A stretch of DNA of 64,000 bases, taken from positions 51,008,860 to 51,072,859 of the forward strand of contig NC_068995.1 in NCBI RefSeq assembly GCF_001194135.2, given 5' to 3'. Position 1 is the first letter of the stretch. The number at the start of each line of letters is the position of its first letter. Below are positions 51,958-64,000 of the stretch, in pieces. The stretch is from Octopus bimaculoides. Taxonomy: Eukaryota. The notes under the pieces are model-generated. The model did not search any database. It was given only the letters and a program-made list of their open reading frames with translations, and was not told the DNA's origin. Made by a program: the position numbers and the translations under genes.

Positions 51958-54895
51958 GCAGAGGAGCAATGGCAATGAAAAATCAAATTCAATAGTTGTG
52001 GTGGTGGTGGTGGAAATCAACCCATCAACCCTGTCTCCGTCCCCACACAAAGCAATGGGAAGGCGGTTGTAAACACACAAACTGGGAGCAGGAGTAGAGA
52101 TGTTGACAGATATGAAGAAGTCAAAAAGGCTGTCACCAGCGTGCAAAGTGATAAAATATATGCAGCTAGGCTCAGGGGAGGTCAAGTCCTGGTTTCTCTA
52201 CACACATTTTGTGAATTAACCACATAGACATTAATATATACCTTGTCTGTACAAGCCAATGAAGGATCCTCTGTGTTCACTCGACCTGCTAGAAATAACA
52301 GCAGAATCTTCCTTGTGCCATATTATACACATTCTATCTTTTCATTATACATGCCACATTGAAATATTCAATCACAGTGCAGGCAGCTAAAGCAATTATT
52401 TTCTCTATTTTTTGGGTGCAGGCATGGCTGTGTAGCAAGATGTTTGCTTCCCAACCACATGGTTCTGGTTTCAGTCCCACTGCATGGCACCTTGAGCAAG
52501 CATCTTCTACTATAGCCTTAGTCTGACCAAAGCCTTGCGAGTGGATTTGGTAGATGGAAACCGAAAGAAACTAATGATTCTACCAGCTTGCCACCTTATG
52601 ATATAATATGAAATAACATAATACAATATAGTATAATATTCCAAATTTTGGCACAAGGGTAGCAATTTTAAATGGAGAGGAAGCCAATGAAATCATCCCC
52701 AGTATTTGACTGGTACTTTATCTTATCTACCTAAAAAGAGGAAAAGGAAGGGGGAGAGAGAGAGAAAGAGGCTGGATCTTTGAATTACGTCTACACTCCA
52801 TCCACAGTTTCCATCTTTCCAATAAAATCTGGGTCATGCTGTGCAGTGGCATTGAACCCAGGACCTTGCTAATTGCAAAGTGAACTCCTTAGCCATTCAG
52901 CAATGCTGTGTTGACAACTAAGTATAACAACCACATTTCAAGTACTCTTTTCCACACTTCTGCCTCCTGAATGCCTGTTGTACACCAGATTCTCTACTCA
53001 AGCATCTACACAGTTGATCAACCTATTAAAAACAGCAGCAAAATCTCCCTCAAATCTTACCCCTCTGACTTATATATAAAGAAGGACACGAGGCATTTGA
53101 TGAGGTTATCTTCCCCGCAAAAAAAGATGGATGGTCATGGCAGGAATGCTTTTCATTAAATGTTTGCTTGATAACACTTGACCTGAGGCTAAGCAACAAC
53201 ACACACATACAGACACAGATAGACATACACACATGAACAAACATAGAAAATGAAAAAACAAAACAAAAAGACATCTAAAAGTATTTAAATGTATTTTTAA
53301 CTGCTTCTTTCTTGCAACTTGATTTGATGGCCAAAATGTTAAAACTGTTGTATTTACAAAAACTGCCCTCCCTCCCTCCCTCCCTCCCTCCAGCCACTCT
53401 GAACAGGCTGTTGGTAATCAATCATTACCCTAACAATAAGAAGCAGGCTGCAGCATATGGCCAGAGCCAAGGAAACAGGAATTACCAGATCTACAGACTG
53501 ATAAATACGCAGGTGCTTATCAATCAGTTGTCTGTAATTACTGCCAGGGTAAAGCAGAGTAGATTAGGGCAAGGCATGGAATGTGGGAGAGGTAGGAGCA
53601 AGATAGAATAGTCAAACAGTAATGGTGTGTGGGGGGGGGGGAGAAGACAAGAAGAGGAATATGAGAGAGAGAGGGAGAGAGAGAGAGAATGTGTGTGTGT
53701 GTGTGTCAGACAATTATAGATAAAGCATAGTGTGTGAGAAAGGCAGAGAGGACCAGAGAGCCAAGAAACTGGAAGTGGGAAGGGAAAGGTAAGGGGTAAA
53801 AGAGGGAGGGGAAGAGCACAGGAAGAGAAAAAAGCAAGAAATGGAAGATATGGAGGAGGGAAGAAAAATACAGAAAGAGACACACAGAGAGAAAGAAATA
53901 GACTGACAAGAGGACCTGTAAAGGCCTTTAGCTCTGCTCCTTTCTCAAGACCCCACTCCAAAAAATCAAAAAAAAAAAAAAAAAAATCCATGTCTTTCTA
54001 AGTGGAATGTGATGGATGGAAGGAACCTATGTAAACCCATCATAGATACATTATTTAGGTGAGAACGAGATGTGCTCAGTATGGAAAACACATAGTAGTG
54101 CTCAAGTGAATTTGAACTTGTAAACTCCAAATCCTTAATTCAGGACTTACGTCCACGGCATCAAGAGTAGCTACAAGGGAAATCCAAGACAAGCTGCCAT
54201 GGTGATAGTAATGCAGATAAACACAACTAAGCTTCTCACACACACACAGAGAAAAAGACAGATACATATATCCAGAAAGATAAACTCATACATACATTAT
54301 GTGTATGTGTATGTCTATGAGTTTATCTTTCTGTATATATGTGTCTATGTGTGTGTGTATATATATGTCAATCCTAATTGTGTTTATCTGCCTTACAACC
54401 TATGTATGTACATGAATACAAACACACAACACACATATGCATGGAGGGTGTCTGTGTGTATGCCTACGTCAGTTAAAACTAGCTTTGTAGCTATGTTGAG
54501 TAAATTAACAGTTGACAAAATAAGCTGAGTCCTGGGATAGACCTTATCTACTAATCCTGAAAGTGATGTCCCAACACAGACAGACCAGTCACTGAAAGTG
54601 ATATATATACACACATATATACATACATAATATACACATATTGTTACTATTATGTAAAACTGTCATATGTTCAAATTTGGCCAAATGTATTTTTTTCAAT
54701 ATTTATTTTTACTTGCAATAGCTGGTTCTTTTGGTCAAACTATCATGTCTCCAGCTGCTACAGATGCCAAGATATGAAGATTGTCAAAGTGTAGTACAAT
54801 TGTTTTACTATGGAATGGTGAAACTATTTTTTCATTTTTTGTAAAAAAAAACAAAACGTTTTTTTACATAATAGCATAATAGCAACAATATATAT

Positions 54896-55648
54896 ATAGG
54901 AAAATGAAGAATAAGGCAGAATGCTAAACTGGAAGCTTATTTTAATAAAGATTTCTAACCGGCTTTCATTGCTCAGCAAATTTTCAAGAAGGAGAATGAA
55001 AATGTTTTTTACAAAGAAGTACAAAATGAAGAAAATAATATATAAAAAAATAAATATATCAATACATTATATTGTCTTTGAGCTTTTGAAGTTCAATGGT
55101 AATCCATTTAGATAATGGTTGGAAAAATAAGGATGCATGAGAATTGTGAGTTGTGTTAGGTTTAAAGAAAGGGTTAAAAGTTTGTGTTAAGCAGGAACTG
55201 TGGTGTCAAAACAGGAAATGTGTGTAAGGGGAGACAAATGTTTTTAGTTGGAGTTATGAACTCTTTTTCAACCGGAAGTTTATCTGTTGAAAAAGAGTTC
55301 ATAACTCCAACTAAAAACATTTGTCTCCCCTTACACACACTTCCTGTTTTGACATCACACTTCCTGCTTAACACAAACTTTTAGCTCCTTTTTTTAAACC
55401 TAACACAACTCTCAATTCTCATGCATCCTTATTTTTCCAACTATTATATACATGGATTACCATTGAACTTCAAAAGCTCAAAGACAATATAATGTATTGG
55501 TATAGTTATTTTTTTATATATTATTTTCTTCATTTTGTACTTCTTTGTAAAAAACATTTTCATTCTCCTTTTTGAAAATTTGCTGAGCAATGAAAGCCGG
55601 TTAGAAAGCTTCCAGTTTAGTATTCTGCCTTATTCCTCATTTTCCTAT
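54896..55648. mobile_element. ~750-bp foldback / MITE
   Basis: Arms 54896-55272 and 55286-55648, 13-nt spacer. About 14 substitutions and 2 indels (one of 15 nt) by eye. Confidence 0.85.
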
Positions 55649-55692
55649 TATTTCTCCACGTGCGGTTAACGCAACCCCACTATTTACTGACT

Positions 55693-55731
<39 letters not shown>

Positions 55732-55769
55732 ATACATACACACACACATACAATTAATATAGACAGCTT

Positions 55770-56130
55770 ATTGAAATCCTGGCACTCCGTCAGTTACGAT
55801 GACGAGGGTTTCAGTTGATCCGACCAACAAAATAGCCTGCTCATGAAATTAACATGCAAGTGGCTGAGCACTCCACAGACATGTGTACCCTTAACGTAGT
55901 TCTCAGGGAGATTCAGCATGACAGAGTGTGACAAGGCTGGCCCTTTGAAATACAGGTACAACAGAAACAGGAAGAATACTGCAGGGTTCACCACCACCTC
56001 CTGCCATAGCCTCGTGGAGCTCTAGGTGTTTTTGCTCAATAAACACTCACAACGCCCGGCCTGGAAATCAAAACTGTGATCCTATGACTGCGAGTCTGCT
56101 GCCCTAACCACTGGGTCATTGCACCTCCAC
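55770..56130 (-). mobile_element. tRNA-headed SINE, family D (second copy ~61385-61712, minus)
   Basis: Head gtggaggtgcaatgacccagtggttagggcagc... The body (gtgtgacaaggctggccctttgaaatacag) is shared with the 61.4-kb copy. Confidence 0.75.
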
Positions 56131-56149
56131 ATTATTGAAATAGTAAAGT

Positions 56150-56350
56150 TATGAACAGTGGTTAGGGTGTTGGATGCAGGATTCAACGATTGTGGTTTTC
56201 ATTCCTGGACTGGGTGATATGTTTGTGTTCTTGAGCAAAATACTTCGTCTCATGTTCCAATCCATTCCACTGGTAAAAATGAGTAATCCTGCGATGGACT
56301 GGGGTCCCATCCATAGAGGAATATACACACCAGAGAAACCAGCCCTATGC
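56150..56350 (+). mobile_element. tRNA-headed SINE with tgtgttcttgagcaa and cctgcgatggactgg boxes (related sequence ~44675-45185)
   Basis: Shared internal boxes in two loci; tRNA-like gtggttagggtgtt head. Confidence 0.65.
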
Positions 56351-58095
56351 TCTTTATAGAGTAATGAAGACTAACCAAGATGATGAGCAACAAATACCGT
56401 GTAGTATTTAATTACATTTTGTTACATCCAATACCATCAACATTGACTTTAAATTTCAAGCTAAGAAGATGTAACTAAAAACAGCCACAACTCTTTCTCT
56501 CTCTCACCCTTCTACTTTTCCAACTGGGCCAGCCATACTTCTTCTCTATTTGCAAGACACCTATTTCTGTCCTACTGTTCATACTCCAACCTCTCATCAC
56601 CTACCACAAAACCACCTCCCTCAATTCTATTCCTTCCTTCAGCTGAATAAGTCTTGTCTTCCAAGTTATTTAGTGGCCAGGTAGTAACTTGATGCCAGTA
56701 CCACATAAAAGCACCCGGTCCACTCTGTAAAGTTATTGGTGTTAGGAAGGGAATACAGCCACACAAAAAACCATGCCAAAGCAGGCGGTAGAGCTGGGTG
56801 CTGTCCTCTGGTTTGCCAGATCCTGTCAAACCATTCAACCCATGCCAGCATGGAAAACGGACATTAAATAGCAATGATGATGACGGTGGCGATGATGAAG
56901 TCATTTTACTCACTGATCTTCTGGCTGAAGTGGTGAAGACGACTGAGTCAACAGAGAAATAGAACAACAACATTTAATAACATTTACTTCTCTCTCTCTC
57001 TCTCTCGGTTCCATATTGAAATTTTGCTTAAGTGTAAACACTACACTTCCTTTCTTCTTGCGTCAATAAAAATAAGTTCTAGAAATGCATTGGAGTCATC
57101 ACATTCAATCCCATACACTCCTTCGTTTCAATAATTAATATTGTGACTAAGTAAGAAATCAATAAAGATGTTGTATGTTTTTTATTATTTTTTTTTAAGA
57201 ATGGTTCATTTTAACACCCACTTTCTCCATGCTTATTAACCCATGCAGCTATGGATGTTAAAACGATGACGTAAAATTGAATTTTTCACTTAGCAACATA
57301 ACTGATTTCAAGGGCACCTCTGTGCAGTTGCTTCACATGCTAGAAATAGTAGTTACACCATGTCATTTTAGAAGGGGAAAACACAGTGGATAATGTGGTC
57401 ATAGTGCAGTGTGCCTAGGAAAAAAATGTGATCGGCATGGCTGGAGTGTCTCTATCACAAGTCTGATCAATCGAAGTTGACCTGGAACTAAACTACCACT
57501 ACTATCAATGGTTGTTGTTATATCATAAAGCTTGAAAATACGAGAAAAATGGATTTTATTACAGTTATATTTAAATTAATTATTGAATTTGAAAGTAAAT
57601 TCCAAAGAACATATTTTCATATATATCTATTATATATAAAGATGTAAAATTCTAATTTATTTTATTTGCTTGTTTTTCATTCTTAATTACATTCTAATTC
57701 AATTTTTAACTTCAAAGAAATTTTTTGAAATCTATTTTAATCGTCATCAGGAATGATAATCAAACTTCTTTTAATAAGTATTTATTTTCTTCTGGCAGAA
57801 TAAAAGGCCAAGTTTGTAACATGCATGAAGCTGATTGAAGTAACACTAGCTAATTACTGGCATTTCTTCTACCATCAGTCGAAAAATTTGAACTCAGAAT
57901 GGTAAGGTGTAGATATTAGGATAAAGTATTTGATCAAATGCTCAGTTCTCTAAGCCAGCATTCTCCAGCCTTTTTCATACTATGAACCGGATCCATGCAA
58001 GACAATTTTCCCATAAACTGGGGTATCACCTTAGAGATTGTGATAGTCAATAAAACAAATAGAATTTTAAAATATATTCTTTCTGTGGGTTCTCC

Positions 58096-59006
58096 TGCTT
58101 GTGTGACATGGTGCAGAGTCCTGTTCNNNNNNNNNNNNNNNNNNNNNNNNNNNNNNNNNNNNNNNNNNNNNNNNNNNNNNNNNNNNNNNNNNNNNNNNNN
58201 NNNNNNNNNNNNNNNNNNNNNNNNNNNNNNNNNNNNNNNNNNNNNNNNNNNNNNNNNNNNNNNNNNNNNNNNNNNNNNNNNNNNNNNNNNNNNNNNNNNN
58301 NNNNNNNNNNNNNNNNNNNNNNNNGGTACATGTTTTGGGGACACAGCAAGCCAACAGTTGTTCTGTGTGTTCACTGTCTAATCCTGGCAGAATTTTTTCT
58401 CGTCTGAGAAAAACCAAAGCATGTTCAGTTGGAAGGGGTGCTTGAGTTTGTTCAAAAGCTTTGTGGCATGGTCTTTCTTCTTGTTTTTGATGGCTTGGGA
58501 TAAAAATTGGTCCTTTCTCATCTTGTATGAGGAATACTGAATGTCTTCATGCATTACCTGCCTGATGAGAAACTCAGACACTCCCATATCCCTGGTGATG
58601 GACCCGATTGACTTGGAGGGATTGTTGTCAATTATGGCCTGGATCTCACCAACAAATTCAGAAGTTCTTTTCTTATCAGAACAATCAGAGTGAGTTTGCC
58701 AAGCTGCTGTACCTTTGTAATCACCGTTAGACTCATTCAACTTTTTCTAGATCCTTTGCACTGTCCTCAGATTGACACCCAAACACTCTGAAATGTTTGT
58801 ATTGGGGCTTCTGATATGAATGCCAAGCAGTACAGCATGTCGTTTCCAAATTACTGGCAGAGCGAATTGCATCATGGTGCTGGTTTTCTCACAGACAGTA
58901 TCCAACTGACCCGACTATACTGTGTAGTCGACAAAATCAAAAACAAACAATGAGTATGCACAAAATTAAAAATATAAAATGGCGACAATTTACCCATTGC
59001 ACACTG
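58096..59006 (-). mobile_element. Decayed, 3'-truncated Tc1/mariner DNA transposon (maT/DD37D-like transposase)
   Basis: TA|CAGTGTGCAATGGG terminus at 59006; ATG ~58875; HTH-like region. In-frame TAG at 58747-58749, then WFFSDEK, and QDSAPCHTS after the N gap. Third Asp and second TIR are absent. Confidence 0.85.
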
Positions 59007-62000
59007 TATATACTACCATATGTGTAAAATGTGTCGGTGGCACATGAAAAACACCCATTACAGTCTCAGAGAGGTTGGCATTAGGGAAGGACATCCAAAT
59101 CAGACTGGAACCTGGTGCAGCTCTCTGGCTTGCCAGTTCCAGTCAAACTGTCTAACCTATGCCAGCATGGAAAGCAGATGCTAAATGATCATGGTGATGA
59201 TAATGATATACATACATACATACATATATACATTCTCTTTGCAATATGAATGTTAATGTTACTAATTCCCTCTAGCATTCATAATCTAGCACTTTATATA
59301 GAACACGTAATGCCTAAAGGATATACAACTATTCTAACTGTGAAATTTTATTGGCAATTATTCAGTTGCCTGCAGCTAATGCCTACTACCTACCTATGAC
59401 TGCTCCTAACTATAGATCCTGTTGTCAAAGAGTTAAAACCAGTTCACGTTTACAGTTGCTAGCAGCAGCAGCATCGGTTGTAATGGCTGCTGCATATAAT
59501 ATTCCAAGGGAAGTCAATGCACTTAGAACTGAAAGAGGCACACACATAGAGAGGGAGCATGGTAAAGAGGAAAAAAAAAATGAGACATGGGCCTTGTTAT
59601 TTTCAAATGTATTAATTTGGTATTGATGAAATTCTAGATATGCTGCTGCTTCTGCCAACAAAGAAATCATATACATCACCTAACATTACAGATTCTGATA
59701 CCAGCACAAGGCCTCTCAGGTTTACAGTGGTAAAGAAATGGAAGATATGCTGTTCATATCCATCTGTAAGGGGCATTAGCAATATATGAGATATTATGTG
59801 AACTTTGCTTCTCACCCTCCAGATCAACCCTAATTGAAAAGGCTTCATTATCAAAGGTGATCTTGCCCGGGCCTTCATCTTATTTCAGATATTATGCATC
59901 TTGGGCAACAACACCGATATTTCTTTCCAATTTTTTTTTAATGTGATTTGCAGGGAACTTGACTGCTATTTCTAACAGGTCAAGTGTCCACCTAAAGATT
60001 CTTACATCGGCCTTGTCGAGTGATACGTTATACAGCAAAGCAGCAGACGTTTTTACACATCAAGGCAGTCAGAACAATGTTCTTGTTATGTCAATAGACT
60101 TCTGTGTCTCATTAACAAAATATTGATTTTGTTGAAACTTAATTTCATTAATAATGTTTGTTTGAAAATTAGATTAAAAATTAAAGAAGAAAGGGAATAC
60201 AAAATTACAAAGTAGAAGAGAATGAAATAAGTATGACCTTTAGATGGAAAAAGGAAGCATTTAAATACAGATGATTTATGATATTATATTTTATAATAAT
60301 AATAATTTATGAAATTATTATTAAATAAATAAAAACTTCAAACTTATACAACAGGATCCAGCTGTATAGAGCTTTTTTGCATTATATAAATCAGGGTAAT
60401 ATTTTCTTACAGAATCTTCTAACCCTTACATGTGTGTGCAGCTTATATATACCGAAAGACCATATTATAACCATGAACCTTCAGACACACTTGTTTTCTC
60501 AGTCCCCCCCCCAACTCTTTCTCCAGTCAGCTGCTCTTTTATAAGCAAACTCTTTACAACTTCTGTTTCAGCCCACCTGATGCACACACAACTTATTAAT
60601 ACTTACTAAACTTTATTTATTGAATATGTTGTAGTCAATCATTCCTCACTGCTTAGCCCCGGGTCATTCATACTATCAAAGCATTCTAGTGATAGCAATA
60701 CAAGTTTCTTTTTATCAAAATACATTGTATATGGAACCACATTGAGCAATGCGTGTTTCTGTCTTTAAATAGTTAGTGTGCTTTGAGGGATATTGGCTGC
60801 TATTTCTAGCAGATTGAGAATCTACTTATAAATGTCATGTGTACTTCTTCAAATGATTGAAGGTAAAATATCATCATCAACATCATCATTACTACTTCTA
60901 CTACTATCACAACTATTTATTTATTCATGCACTACATCTGATAAAATAGCCAAGTGCTTAGCCTTTTGGTGCTTGGTCCTATTGATTATACTGACCCTGA
61001 AAGGATGAAAGGCAAAATTAACTTCAATCAGATTTGAACTCAGAATGTAAAGAGTTATAACTAAAATTTGCAATGCTCTAATTTTCAAAGGATTTTGCCA
61101 ATGTACAGCTTAGTGCATGTTATATAATCTTTATAAATTTCTCAGCAAGAAACAAGAGCAGCAAAGAATTCAATCTCATATAAAACAAACTACTTGCTTG
61201 CTTTATTTGTAGCTTGGATATGTTCTCATAGTTTGCACAATATTTATAGCTAGCTGCTGTAGTTGCTTGACAAACTAATTCAACAACTACAAACAAGTGC
61301 AGCTAATTAAAGAAGTTACCTGATTTAAACATATCAAACCAGCTGTTTCCCTTAACATTAATAAAATACAGTAGTCATTGCTATTAACTAGCACTCTGTC
61401 AGTTACAATGATGAGAGTTCTAGTTGATCCAATCTACAGAACAACCTGCTCATGAAATTAATGTGCATGTGGCTGAGTACTCCATGGCCATGTGTACCCT
61501 TAATGTAGTTCCCAGGGAGATTTAGTGCGATACCGAGTGTGACAAGGCTGGCCCTTTGAAATACAGACACTGCTCATTTTTGCCAGCTGAGTGGACTGAA
61601 GCAGTATGAAATAAAGTGTTTTGCTCAAGGACACAACATGCCTCCAGGAATCGAACTCATGACCTTGTGATTATGAGTCGAATGCTTTAACCACTAAGCC
61701 ACGTGCCTTCACTCATTGCTATTAGAAGTTATTTTTTAAGTCATCAATAAGATTGTAGAATATTTTTAAACCACACACAAAAAAAACCTTGTGAGATGTT
61801 TTGATATTTTTTTTTACTCTTTCCAGTTATTGCACAGAGTACAGACTTCAAGAGTACAGTTGAATATAGCTCAACACACTGGTACTTATTTTATCATCCC
61901 TGGGGCAAAAGGCAAAACTGAGTCAGTAAGATCTGAGCTCAGAATGTCAATGGACAGAATCAAAAGCCAAAAAGCATTTGACTGATGTTCTTCTACTAAT

Positions 62001-62870
62001 CCAACTATACGGAAATGAGAAAAAAAAGAAAAAGAAAAAAGAAACTCTTAAATAGATTCCATGAACAAGTTAAACATTATTTAGTTACTATTTTCAAGAG
62101 CCTAATTTCAACAAGTATGTCATTTCTATCAACAACTCGTAAGTTCAAACAGACGCAATGTAGCTTGTTGCAAGAGACAATTAAATTAGTATTTTAAATA
62201 ATGGCAATTAAGTTTTGACTTTAATCTGAAAGAAAGACATGAAATAAACATATTTCTGATGTTCATTTTAAAGAAAACACACACTTTTCTCTGTTGTTAT
62301 GACACTTTGTCACAAGAAAAATTGAAAAATTATTTACAAAGATAATAGCTGGGCGTCTAGTTGGATTTCTCCAAGTATCAAACAAATCCAATCACACTTC
62401 GTATTTTGGTAAAAATTAAAAGAATGACAATTCATAAAGCAAGGTTATGTCTATCATCTGTCAATCAGGGACATTTCGTGGATAGAGACAGACATATCCT
62501 TACTAGCACTAGTGGGATATATCCGTGGTACATTAGTGTCTACAACAGATAGTTTTCTTCTAGCTACACACACAGACATTGGAACAAGAAATATGAACTC
62601 ATGATTTCAGGTTATGAATTTAATTCAATCAACCATTGAAACTGGCTTTGCTGTTCAACTTACGAAAGAGACAGTGGAAATGTGTTGATGGGTCAATAAG
62701 GACCAATCAAGCACAGAGCTCTTTTCCTCGAAAATTTGTGTACTTGGTGCTTAAGTCACAAATCATCATCTTTATCAGTAACAGTTGTGAAGATGTCTTT
62801 AAATTTGCTTATGCCACATTCCTGGCAACAAGAGCCTTCATTCCTGACACCCCATGCGACATACACACTC

Positions 62871-63059
62871 TTTTACTTGTTTCAGTCATTTGACTGCGGC
62901 CATGCTGGAGCACCACCTTTAGTCAAGCAAATCAACCCCAGAGCTTATTCTTTGTATACCTAGTACTTATTCTATCAGTCTCTTTTGCCGAACCGCTAAG
63001 TTACAGGGACGTAAACACACCAGCATCGGTTGTCAAGCAATGTTGGGGGACGAACACAG

Positions 63060-63096
<37 letters not shown>

Positions 63097-63270
63097 CACA
63101 CACATACATATACAACGGGCTTCTTCCAGTTTCCGTCTACCAAATCCACTCACAAGGCTTTGGTTGGCCCGAGGCTACAGTAGAAGACACTTGTCCAAGG
63201 TGCCACACAGTGGGACTGAACCCGGGACCATGTGGTTGGTAAGCAAGCTACTTACCACACAGCCACTTCC
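62871..63270 (-). mobile_element. Near-complete family-C tRNA-headed SINE (other copies ~15-210, 19090-19390, 36420-36720, 48230-48520, 51300-51770)
   Basis: Head gtggctgtgtggtaagtagcttgc...gggttcagtccc, internal (TA)(TG) tract, 3' gactgaaacaagtaaaaga; many homologues in the window. Confidence 0.85.
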
Positions 63271-64000
63271 AAACCAGAAAAGATATTTCAGAGTGAGAGA
63301 TGAGAACCTCTAGACATAAGCCTGCTTTATCAGGCTGACCTGGTACTAAACAACCAATAGACAGACAAACTAACAAGTGAAGCCTTCATGTCATCACTTA
63401 ACCTGCTAGAAATAGCAGTCAAATCCCACTATCTACAAAAAAAAGGAAGGCCATAGTCTCAGAAAGAATGTCTGGCCATAGCTAGATTTTAATCACAGAT
63501 CTGCTTTATCAGGCTGACCTGGTACTAAACAATCAATAGAAATAGATAGAGCATAAGGAAATCCAAACTGCAACTATCTTGTCTATTAACAACGTTAGTA
63601 ACTATATGGAAAAATAAATGCAGTCAATGAGGCTTTGGTTTCTATTTTTGTTGATTTTATTTCCCTTCCTTCCACTATCACTCTATAAATGAAAGTGTGA
63701 TTAAATTCAACAGCAGCCATTGGAAACAACCTTGGGTTGTTATTGCAGGATGGGCTTCAACACCTAATAAACATAAAGGAATTACATCAATTTGTAATTA
63801 AAACATTTCTGACAAAAGACATAAGATAATTTAGATAAGGCTTAAATTTATCTTGGAAGAAACACACAGAGTTTTTTTAAACGTGCTAAAATATAAATGC
63901 TTTTGTTACATCCCTTTGTGCTCTGAGTTCGAATCCTACTACATAGTCGACAAAATAAGAAGCAGTGAAGGCCTAGGGTCGACATAATTGATTTTACCCA

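Noticed and set aside
62375-62395. Minus-strand WICLILG, resembling the missing USP3 WVCLTC exon
   Set aside because: Lacks the zinc-ligand Cys/His residues and the CGR-ending phase-2 donor.
62640-62870. Minus-strand CCQECGISKFKDIF... next to a gtaagt donor
   Set aside because: Interrupted by stops and unlike the USP3 N-terminus.
63322-63540. 40-bp direct repeat about 180 bp apart, superficially repeat-spacer-like
   Set aside because: Only two units, both matching the tail of a common SINE. Not a CRISPR-like array.

Overview
AT-rich, microsatellite- and SINE-dense eukaryotic DNA with many N gaps. The repeat families look like those of octopus; that species call is inferred from recalled repeat sequences. 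One protein-coding gene is supported: a USP3-like deubiquitinase on the minus strand. I traced 13 GT-AG exons in a consistent reading frame from 51178 down to the TAG at 10044-10046 (1375 nt, about 457 aa). They encode the second half of the ZnF-UBP domain, the Cys box (GLRNLGNTCFMN), QQDAHEF, the His box (HHGSGAGSGHY) and FND. The first exon or exons were not found. The introns hold tRNA-headed SINEs, RTE-type LINE remnants, a decayed Tc1/mariner transposase and several MITEs. The most interesting signal is a set of intronic inverted repeats. Three of them (10.3, 17.6 and 38.6 kb) are built from sequences carrying minimal hammerhead-ribozyme motifs of the Penelope-like type, and the 38.6 kb one also has a tRNA-like head. 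There is also a perfect 80-bp palindrome and a ~750-bp foldback. Nearly all long ORFs in the supplied track are microsatellite or N-gap artefacts.
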